NCBI GenBank assembly: GCA_963675595.2
Contig: CAXXLZ010000002.1
Location: 3,360,001-3,424,000 of the forward strand
From: Thermodesulfobacteriota bacterium
Lineage (GTDB): Bacteria > Desulfobacterota > Desulfarculia > JACQYL01
Direction of reading: 5' to 3'
DNA length: 64,000 nucleotides
Positions within the stretch are counted from its first letter, which is position 1; each line of letters begins with the position of its first letter. Positions 27,659 to 36,400 of this stretch are shown piece by piece. The translations under genes and the position numbers were made by a program. The notes under the pieces were generated by a model. The model searched no databases, was not told where the DNA came from, and worked only from the letters and a program-made list of their open reading frames with translations.

Positions 27659-28269
27659 TCACGTTCTGGATTGGCGGACGAGAATTGGACGACGCCCGAA
27701 GAATGCTTCAGGATTTGACCGCTCGCTGCCGGAGTAAGCCATTGTTCGTATCGGACGAGCTGCCTCATTATGTCACGATGTTGGCGGAGTTCTTCCACAA
27801 GCAGGTCCCAGTGATGCCGACGGGGAAACCGGGCCGGCCCAGGAACCCCGAACGAGTGGTCGATGCTGATTTGGATTACGCCACAGTGCACAAAACCCGC
27901 GAGGGCGGCAGGGTGGTTAAGGTGGAGCGCCGAGTGGTTTTCGGCAGTGAGCAGAGCGTACACGAGCGGTTGGAGGGTTCGCCCAGCCACACAATCAATA
28001 CCGCCTTTGTCGAGCGCTCCAATCTGCACTGGCGTCTGTGGGATGCTCATTTGGTTCGCAAATCCCTTACATTCGCACGCTCGTGGCGCTGGCTTCGGGC
28101 CAAGTTCGCCATCTGTGTGGCCTGTTATAATTTTGTTCGACCCCATGGAACGCTCAGCCGTAGGGCAAACCGGACATTTCAGCCCAAGACCCCAGCGATG
28201 GCCGCGAACGTGACCGACCATCCCTGGTCGTTCTTAGAATTGTTGGCGTATCCGGTATCATGTCAATAA
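27550..28269 (+). CDS. IS1 InsB-like DDE domain, expressed by -1 frameshift
   Basis: -1 frame relative to InsA; A8G run at 27562-27570; WIWTAID, SDEL and NTAFVERSN motifs. Confidence 0.85.
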   Translation: MDLCKKKEHSGAAQDLEERYGRTWIWTAIDVPTRLLITFWIGGRELDDARRMLQDLTARCRSKPLFVSDELPHYVTMLAEFFHKQVPVMPTGKPGRPRNPERVVDADLDYATVHKTREGGRVVKVERRVVFGSEQSVHERLEGSPSHTINTAFVERSNLHWRLWDAHLVRKSLTFARSWRWLRAKFAICVACYNFVRPHGTLSRRANRTFQPKTPAMAANVTDHPWSFLELLAYPVSCQ

Positions 28270-28305
28270 TATGGGGACAGTACCCGAAAATGGAGGTTTG
28301 AGCAT

Positions 28306-28545
28306 ATGAGCAGAATTCGGTCCGCCATATTCGACTTCGTCAAGCTGTGGGTGGTCCTGTTCATGACCTTCCTGATCGTCAGAACGATCGCAACCCTCTA
28401 CATCTACGGACGAATCGATTTGCGACAGGTCTCCCTGCTGGAATTGCTCTTCGTCCCCTTGGGGCAGGTTGTCGCCCTATGGGTTATCGTACGGAAAAAA
28501 CCGTCGGCGTCTGCGGAATCGAGCCCTGAAGAGCATACCCGTTAA
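28306..28545 (+). CDS. Small membrane protein (2 TM)
   Basis: GGAGG RBS and two hydrophobic helices. Confidence 0.7.
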   Translation: MSRIRSAIFDFVKLWVVLFMTFLIVRTIATLYIYGRIDLRQVSLLELLFVPLGQVVALWVIVRKKPSASAESSPEEHTR

Positions 28546-28567
28546 ACGGGAGTGCCATGCATGGATA

Positions 28568-28604
28568 GACAAAACGAAAGGCGGAATGCTGAGCATTCCG
28601 CCTT
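28568..28604 (-). terminator. Terminator hairpin between convergent genes
   Basis: AAGGCGGAATGC...GCATTCCGCCTT stem; T-rich tail on the minus strand. Confidence 0.7.
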
Positions 28605-28672
28605 CCCTGTTTGCAGGAATCAGCGCAATACGGCTTTGTGAAACGATTTGCGCCGTTGTTCAAGCAGGCCGG

Positions 28673-29611
28673 TCAGTTCTTATGGAGCCCCCGACCCATT
28701 CCGGTCTTTCGGGCAATCCAGGTGCCGGCCAGCAGGATCACCAGAAGGAACGAGATCGTTCCCCAGGGGGTCAGAGACGAGACGCTGGTCGGGGTCGTGT
28801 CCGCGTCCCCGCCGCCGCTTCCCCAGGTACCCCCGGAGCACTGCTCGATCATTTGAGTCCCGCCGCACGTGACGTCGATGCAGTTGTTGTCCCCTATCGG
28901 TACGAAGACGTCAAAAGGCCCTTGTCGCGTAAACCCCCCCGAGTACATCCACACCTTAACCATGCCGGGTATGATCCAATAGTTTTTCCCGCCGGATTGA
29001 TGCAGTTCGAGGGGGTGGTCCACCACCACATTGGGGCAGTCCGCGCCCGTTTGGATGTTCACGGTACCCTCCACCCGATCCGGCGTGCCGTCGTTGTCGG
29101 TGTCCAGCAGGTCCACCGTGGTGAATGCGGGGTTCTGGGCGCAGGGGCTCTCTTCTTGGTATAAGTATTCAAAGCTGATCATGCTGTAGTTGTCGGCGCC
29201 GTCCTGTTTGGTTCCGGTGATCTTGAGCATGTAGTCCGGGTGGTACTCATTCATGCTGTGCCAGCCTCCCGTATGGGAGTGTATCTCTTGGATGGAAGCG
29301 GAATTGCCGTTTTCGGAGTACTCAAACAGGAGGCCCTCCAAATAGGTCGGTTGCTCGGCGGGATCCGGCCACACTCCTCCGTGGGCGGTCACGATTCCGA
29401 CATTGGCCGCCTTGTCCACCTGAAGCGTCCAGTACGCGTCTCCCGCATCGGGCTGGTGGTTGTTGTTGGTGTCGATGTAAACACGATCGACGCCTGAGAC
29501 CTCACAGTCCTCCAGTGCGGCTGAAGCACCGGAAGCGATGCAGAGAAATAGTACCGATAGGGTGATCAGCGCCCCCAACCATGGTTTCCGAAACTGAACG
29601 ACGCCTCGCAT
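28673..29611 (-). CDS. Secreted protein with IPTL-CTERM-like sorting signal
   Basis: Signal peptide, DxNxN/DxDxDG loops, C-terminal VSSLTPWG-TM-RK. ATG 29611 follows GGAGG. Confidence 0.75.
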   Translation of the reverse strand: MRGVVQFRKPWLGALITLSVLFLCIASGASAALEDCEVSGVDRVYIDTNNNHQPDAGDAYWTLQVDKAANVGIVTAHGGVWPDPAEQPTYLEGLLFEYSENGNSASIQEIHSHTGGWHSMNEYHPDYMLKITGTKQDGADNYSMISFEYLYQEESPCAQNPAFTTVDLLDTDNDGTPDRVEGTVNIQTGADCPNVVVDHPLELHQSGGKNYWIIPGMVKVWMYSGGFTRQGPFDVFVPIGDNNCIDVTCGGTQMIEQCSGGTWGSGGGDADTTPTSVSSLTPWGTISFLLVILLAGTWIARKTGMGRGLHKN

Positions 29612-29979
29612 GGTGCCTCCCTCCTCTTGGCAACACTGATAAAGGGGCTCCTCATCCGCCGCATGGATTGGAAGTGGGTCTCGCGGCATGGAATAAGGAC
29701 GATGATAATTCTTCGGAACGACCGCCCCTGCCGAGGGTGCTTCGAATACAATACCAAAGGGTTGATCATAGAGGAACAATAGCCGTCTATTTAGCATTTT
29801 CCAGGAAGTAAGGCCACCAAAAAACGGATCAATTAACGAGAATCTTTCTCATGGAAATATGATTACGGAATTATGTCCAAACGGACTGTAACCTCCCTCC
29901 GATTTGTCGGGAACTTCCGTTAAGTCATTACTCATTCATAGGACCGGCTGTTGACGAAAGTGCAACTGTTATTACGCTA

Positions 29980-31227
29980 TCATCGTGGGGCTACAGGGCC
30001 TTTCGAGGGAGAGGCGGAATCCGGTACCGCAATGGTCTTCAGTATCTCTTCGGCTATGGCGCGGCTCGCTCCGGGTGGGCCCATGCATTGCGGTCCGGCC
30101 GGGGACATGCGATTTCGCAATAAGGGGTTTTCCAAGAGCCGTATGACGGACGAAGCGGCCGATTCAGGATCGTAGGAGCAAGTGATCAGCCCCTTTCGGC
30201 AAGCCTGGGCCTCCCGGTCGAGATAATTGCGCGTTTTCGCGTCCCGAGGAGGCGTCACGACCACGGGCAGACCCAGTCCCATAGCCTGCTGATTCGCGGT
30301 TCCGGCCATGCCCACGGCCAGGATGGAGGAACGAAGCACGTCCGCAAAATGCCCTTTCACAAAGCGTACGGAGCCTCCGCAGGCATGCCGCAGGGAAAGC
30401 ACCAAACCGTTTTCGCGTGATAACGAAGGACTTTCATCCACGGAATACTCGTTCGCCAACGGGCCGGTCATGAGTTGCCTCCGGATTTTGAGCACATTCA
30501 ATCCGTCGTGGGCGGCGAAAAGAAACTCCGGCGGCGGTTTCATCCCGCCACGCGCGTACACTCGAGATACGATGTCCAGCAGAACCAGAGCATTATCTTC
30601 CGCATCCTCCCGGCTTCCGGCAAGCAGGGCCGCGACAGGGGATTCGGGGGAAGTTCCAAAACGCTCGCCCGTTCCTTCCAGACCGTCCATCATGGGATTC
30701 CCGACGTATTTGTTCACGACCCCGGTCCGAGTGAGCTCCTCCGATGTTTCGGCGTCGCGGGGAAAGGTCATCGCGCAATATTGGGCAAGAAGCCGCTTTT
30801 CAAGGAAGTTGTAGCGATACGCGGGCATGAATCGGGATGATTTCGCGCACCCTACGAACAAGAACGGAGTCCCTGTGAGCAATGCGGTAAGAATGACCAC
30901 GATGTCGCCCACGGCGATCACGAGATCAAAGCATCCTCGAAAGTTCAGAGCGGAACGAATCTGGCGAAGGACCACGAGCAGGGCGCCGTGCTCAATGTCC
31001 TTCAAAACGGACCTTACGCCCTGAATGCCCGCGAGGCCTTCGCTGGGCAGGAGATTCTTCGCTCCGACAATGGACACTCCGGTCTTCGTATAACTCCGAC
31101 CTTCGCCCACCATGGGCCAGGCGGAGACTTCCGTTCCGGAAGGCGCGGATTTCAACAGCTCACGGATCAGGTTCCGGGTGATCCGATCTTCGCCGTGTCC
31201 GTTACTGATGAAAAGAATGCGGGTCAT
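29980..31227 (-). CDS. Lipid-A-disaccharide synthase-related GT-B protein
   Basis: SNGHGED, PMVGEG, LPSEG, VGD, AKS, PRD, GNPMMD, LLAGSR and MAGTA motifs, typical of the LpxB-related family common in cyanobacteria. Confidence 0.82.
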   Translation of the reverse strand: MTRILFISNGHGEDRITRNLIRELLKSAPSGTEVSAWPMVGEGRSYTKTGVSIVGAKNLLPSEGLAGIQGVRSVLKDIEHGALLVVLRQIRSALNFRGCFDLVIAVGDIVVILTALLTGTPFLFVGCAKSSRFMPAYRYNFLEKRLLAQYCAMTFPRDAETSEELTRTGVVNKYVGNPMMDGLEGTGERFGTSPESPVAALLAGSREDAEDNALVLLDIVSRVYARGGMKPPPEFLFAAHDGLNVLKIRRQLMTGPLANEYSVDESPSLSRENGLVLSLRHACGGSVRFVKGHFADVLRSSILAVGMAGTANQQAMGLGLPVVVTPPRDAKTRNYLDREAQACRKGLITCSYDPESAASSVIRLLENPLLRNRMSPAGPQCMGPPGASRAIAEEILKTIAVPDSASPSKGPVAPR

Positions 31228-31680
31228 GGCGGACTGCGGTTCCTGGATGATTTCGGATATGGGAGGACGTGGGGCGGTTCCAGGTCGAAAGCCGACCGAA
31301 GACCAAATTCATCTGTTCGGCTCCAACTAAGGGCAAGGCGAACGCAATATCAAGAAAAAAGAGCGACCGGAGCGTCGTCGGCGCTCATGTCCGATAAATC
31401 TTCACGTCTCCTTTCTTGCTTCCGGGCCGCGAACCTTTGTTCAAATCCTCGGGTCGTCTTTTTTTCATTCCATCACGTGACCTTCCTCCGACACACCGGT
31501 ATACCCCTGCAAACAATCCAACGGAAACTCCGACGAGGGGACTCTTTGCGGCGGGAGAGGCCTTAAAGGCCTGCAGAACGGGATCCCGCGTTACGGACGA
31601 TACGCACGGGATTGGTTTTGAACGAAAGCGGTCTCGTGCTTGTTGAAACTCACCGGCATCAAATAACAAGGAGGATGATT

Positions 31681-32019
31681 ATGAAATCGGCGACGTTGAA
31701 AAAGATGATTCGTGTGGGCGCTATCGGAGTCTTCGCTCTGACTCTCGCCTCGGGTCCGGCTTTTGCCGGGGGCATGAATCGAGAAACCACGCGGACGGGT
31801 CCGGGAGGTCATTCCGCGACCACCAGCCATTCCCAGAGCTGGGGCGTCCAGAACGGTCAAATGCAGCGGACTTCCGAACACACCGGTCCCGGCGGACAAT
31901 CCGTGTCCTCGACCAAAACCGTGACTCCCACGGAAAGCGGGATGCAGAGAAGCCGGACCATGACGGGCCCCGGCGGTTACTCCTCCAGCAAGACCACCAC
32001 GGTGAATCGAAGCCAATAA
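31681..32019 (+). CDS. Small secreted Ser/Thr/Gly-rich protein with three TGPGG repeats
   Basis: AAGGAGG RBS, signal peptide ending AFA, downstream terminator. Confidence 0.82.
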   Translation: MKSATLKKMIRVGAIGVFALTLASGPAFAGGMNRETTRTGPGGHSATTSHSQSWGVQNGQMQRTSEHTGPGGQSVSSTKTVTPTESGMQRSRTMTGPGGYSSSKTTTVNRSQ

Positions 32020-32042
32020 GCGACCCTTCCCCAAATGAAGAA

Positions 32043-32081
32043 GGGCGGGATTTCGGTCGAATCCCGCCCCTCGCTTTTCTT
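32043..32081 (+). terminator. Terminator hairpin
   Basis: GGGCGGGATT...AATCCCGCCC followed by a T-rich tail. Confidence 0.65.
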
Positions 32082-32158
32082 GATGTCCACAGGAAGAAAC
32101 CGCATTCGAACCATCGTGAGGTCGGTCTTGTTGTGGCCATGGGGATTCGTTCGTTGTT

Positions 32159-33463
32159 CTAATCCGACAACGCGGACTTGGTTTCCGCTAGAAGGCGCAC
32201 CATCTCCTCCTTGACGTAAGCGATTCGTTCGGCATCCATGTGAAGCATAATGGCGGAAACACTCAAAGCCGGGTCGTCTTCCGAAGGTTGCTCCGAGTCG
32301 ACGCGAAGTTGCTTTGCAATCAGATTGGCCAGATGAACCACGATGAGTTCCTTGGAAGGGCTTTCCGCGTCTTCAATGCTGTCGTGATGTCGGGCGGCAA
32401 GGAGAAATTCCTCATTGAACTGCCATTGCTTGAGCACGGCCTCGCCAAAGGGTTCGTGAAACGCCTCCAAGGTGTCCAACACATCGGTTCGATTCACCTC
32501 GAATCCGAGTTCTCCGCGGGCCTCCAACTCGCTGATGACCTGGATCAGGACCATCTTGCCCACATCATGCAACAATCCAAGAGTGAAGGGGTCGCTTGTG
32601 AGCGTCAGCCGGCAGGTCTTGGCCATGATTTCAGCGGCATACGCACAAGCGAGGGAATGCTCCCACAGTTCCTCCATCAACGGTTGATAGGCTTTGCCGG
32701 TAGTGGCGAAGACCGCACGATTGCACAACACGTTGACGTACTTTCGCGTCTGATCCAGGCCGAGACGTTCAAGAGCGTCCCGTAGGTTCTTGTTCTCCCG
32801 AACACCGCGGTAAAAGGGGGAATTGGACACACTGATCAGATGGAACGAGATTCCCATGTCCTCTTTAAGCAGTTCAGCGACTTCCCTGAGATCGGCGCCC
32901 TCGGCAACCATTTGAGAGAACTTGCGATAAATCCCCGATGGGGAAGGCAAACTGATTTCCCCGTCTTTGAAGCGGCGCATCACTTCTTTTCCGATGGCCA
33001 GCTTGCCCGCTTTGGCGGGTCCCGGGGCATGGGCGGGCTCGGAGTCCGAAGCGGGAGCTTCGTCACACGGCGGGGCCAACTTGAGTCGCTTGAGTCGTTC
33101 CCGTATTCGAACCGGATCGAAAGGTTTGACGATATAATCGTCGCATCCGGCCTGCACGCAGGTAATCAGGCAATCACGGTCCGACTGTCCGGTGACCATG
33201 ATGATCTTTGCGCCGGCCATTCCGACCCGCTTGATGGGTTCTTCGAGGTTCCGAATCTCGAAAAGCACTTCCGTGCCGTCCATGTCCGGCATACCCACGT
33301 CCAAGGTAATCAGATCAAAGGGAGTTCCCGCCTCGATAGCCTGCCGCACCTCGGCAACGGCCTCCAGGCCGCTTTCCACGGAACGGCATTCACCCAGCGG
33401 TTCCAGAATGGCCGTGAGTTTCATCCGGCTTACTCGCTCATCGTCCACAATCAGTATTCTCAC
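32159..33463 (-). CDS. Response regulator with HDOD domain
   Basis: REC (IVDD, LDVGMP, KPF) plus HDOD (SNSPFY, LWEHS, GLLHDVGK). Confidence 0.9.
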   Translation of the reverse strand: MRILIVDDERVSRMKLTAILEPLGECRSVESGLEAVAEVRQAIEAGTPFDLITLDVGMPDMDGTEVLFEIRNLEEPIKRVGMAGAKIIMVTGQSDRDCLITCVQAGCDDYIVKPFDPVRIRERLKRLKLAPPCDEAPASDSEPAHAPGPAKAGKLAIGKEVMRRFKDGEISLPSPSGIYRKFSQMVAEGADLREVAELLKEDMGISFHLISVSNSPFYRGVRENKNLRDALERLGLDQTRKYVNVLCNRAVFATTGKAYQPLMEELWEHSLACAYAAEIMAKTCRLTLTSDPFTLGLLHDVGKMVLIQVISELEARGELGFEVNRTDVLDTLEAFHEPFGEAVLKQWQFNEEFLLAARHHDSIEDAESPSKELIVVHLANLIAKQLRVDSEQPSEDDPALSVSAIMLHMDAERIAYVKEEMVRLLAETKSALSD

Positions 33464-36400
33464 TGCAGACCTCGACTACTTTCAGCGTCATGCAAAACCG
33501 GCCCGGAAGCTCCGTCGCCTGAAGAAATGAATCGTCTCAGTTGTTCAAAGGCCTCAACCAAATCATCCAGAAACCGATGGAGGTTTTCGCACTCGCCCTC
33601 TTTCGCCTTCAACTCCAGTGAGTGCGCGGCTTCGGCGAGCCTGCCGGCGGTCAGGTTCGCAGCTCCTCCTTTGATGGAATGAGCTTCCTTTGCCACAACG
33701 GCCGAGTTTCCCAGGTCCAAGGCCTCGCGCATTCGGTTGATCTGATTTTTCACATCCTGCATGAATTCTTTGATCACTTCCAACAACAAATCTTCCTTTC
33801 CCATGAATTCCTCACAGGCCCGCTTCCAATCGAGAGGCGGTTCCTCATCGGCGGGATCTCTTTTTGATGGCGACACGACGAATTCATCCACCTGTTGGGA
33901 CCGAGGTTCTTCTTCCGCCACGAGGGACGGGACTTCGATCCGGAAAGGACTCCCCGAGGTGGAAGTCCACTTGTCTACCATTTCAAGCAACTCCGTCCTG
34001 CGAATGGGTTTGGTGATGTAATCGTCCATTCCCGCTCGCAGGCATTTTTCTCGGTAGCCTTTGAACGCATGGGCGGTCATGGCCACGATGGGCGTGCGTT
34101 TTTGGGGTGCATTTCTAGAAAGTGCAGGGCCGCCTTGTTCTTCGTTTTCGATGCCTCGAATCAAAGCAACGGCTTCATATCCGTCCATGACCGGCATTTG
34201 GATGTCCATCAACACGAGGTCGAAACGATGTTCCCGAAACGCGTCCACGGCCCGACGTCCGTTTTCGACCAAATCCACTCGGTAACCCACGCTCGCAAGA
34301 TGTTCCCGGACGATTGTCTGATTAGTCGGATAGTCTTCCACCACAAGGACTCTGATTTGCGAACGATCCACTTCGGACTCGGGGTGGGTTGGGGCTTCCG
34401 GAAGGGCATCCGGGCTCGTGCATTCCGGCGCCATGCCCAGCACTTCGCAAAGGGCCCTATATAACTGATCTCTGCGTACCGGTTTGGTGAGCGTTGCGTT
34501 GATCAGTTCTTGTCGGTTTTCGAGACCGTGATCCGGATACCCCACGTGGGTCAACGCGATCATGGGAACGTTTTTGAGTTCCGGTCGAGATTTAAGCTCC
34601 ATGGGGAGGTCGCGCCCGCTCCGCAGGCAGGTGGCCAGGTCCGCCAGAATCGCGGAGACCCCTCCGTCGGAGTCGACTTGATTCCTGAGTGCGTCGTCGG
34701 CTCCGGCGGCCTCCATAGGTTCACATTCCCAGGAGCGAAGGGTTTCCGCAAGGACCCCGCGGCAAGAAGAATTGTCGTCCAACACCAGAATCTTCAAGCC
34801 CTTGAACTCACGGCAGGGTTTCAGCAAGACCTCGGGGGCCTTTTCTTGTCGAGGGAGGCGCAGATTGAACCAAAAAGTGCTGCCTTCCCCGGGCCGGCTC
34901 TCCGCGCCGATTTTTCCGCCCATCAGTTCCACGAGCTTTTTCGAAATCGTGGTTCCGAGGCCGGTCCCTCCATAATGCCTCGTGGTGGAACCATCGGCTT
35001 GAGTGAAAGCGTCGAAAATAGTCGCCAGCTTCTCTTTCGCAATCCCGATACCGGTGTCTTTGACTTTGAACACCAGGTCCGCTTGATTGGATCGCCGGGA
35101 GAATACGCGGACTTCAAGGAGTACCTCTCCTTGATGCGTAAACTTGATCGCGTTTCCCAGAAGGTTGGTGAGAACCTGGCGGAGACGGTTCGGATCGCCG
35201 ATGAGGGGGAGGGAAAGCTGGGAGGGGGGAGACAAAATCAGCTCCAAGCCTTTCTTGTTCGCCTCAGGGGTCATGCTCTCCGCGATACTCTCAACGAGAG
35301 GAATCAGGTCGAAAGGAATCGCTTCAATCTCCAATTTCCTCGCTTCGATTTTGGAGAAATCCAGGATTCCGTTGACCAGATGCATCAAGGCTTCCGCTTC
35401 CGAGTTGATGGTCGAGAAGATTCTTCCCTGTCTGGAGCTCAGTTCCTCCTGCATGGCCAGCTCCGTCATGCCGATCACCGCGTTGAGAGGGGTACGGATT
35501 TCGTGGCTCATCCTGGCCAGGAATTCGGTTTTTGCTTCACTAGCCGCTTCGGCCGCCGCCCTCCTCCGCTCCATTTCCTGGACTTGTTTGCGTTGGGTGA
35601 CGTCTCGAGCGATGCCGCGGAACCCCACGGGTCGGTTGGAAAAACTTCGGATCAGGGACAGGGAAGTCTCCACCTGACGAACCTCACCGCTCTTGGTCAT
35701 CAGACTCCAGTCCACGGCCTCGGACGGACGACCGGTTTCGTAAACCTCGTTGAAAGCCCGGTTGGCCTCCAGGGCGGTATCATCGCCCATGATTCGCCGA
35801 TAATGCATTCCGCCCAGTTCGTCCTCGGAGTATCCTAGAAGAGAGCGGAACCCCTTATTGAAAAAGGTAAAAGTTCCTCCGGTGTCGACTTCGAAATAGC
35901 CCTCCTGGATGCTGTCCAAAATGGTGCGATACCGCTCTTCGCTGGCTTCCAACGACAAACGGGCATGCCTGAAGTCCGTGATGTTCATCAGCGAAGCCCT
36001 GGCGCCGACGATTTCGCCTTGAGAAATCATGGGGCGGGTCTGGGAGAAGCAATAGATCTCGTGCCCGTCCTTGGTGGAAAACCGATATTCTCCTCCCATG
36101 GTCGGGGTACCGTTCTTGATCACGGTTTGGAATACTTCCATGATCTTCGGCAGGTCCGCGGGAACCACGACATCCGTGATATGCAGTCCGTTCTTGAGGT
36201 CCTCGGGCGTGTATCCGAAGGTTCGGAAACCGGCTTGGTTGGAGTAGGTCAAATTGCCTTGCAGATCGATTTCCACAATGATGGTCGGCAGGAGATCGGC
36301 CATTTCCTTGAAGCGGTTTTCGCTTTCCCTCAGCAGATTTTCCGCTTCTTTCCGCTCGGTGATTTCATTCATGAAGGTGAGCGTGGCCGGTTGATTTTCC

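Larger units (their letters stand above)
27089..28284 (+). mobile_element. IS1-family insertion sequence (1196 bp)
   Basis: TIRs GGTAATGTCCCCATTTAGTTGACA / GGTACTGTCCCCATATTATTGACA (20/24); 8-bp TSD CGAAAATG at 27081-27088 and 28285-28292. Confidence 0.92.

Noticed and set aside
15362-28284. Composite transposon carrying the FAS block between two IS elements
   Set aside because: The two IS belong to different families and each has its own TSD, so they are independent insertions.
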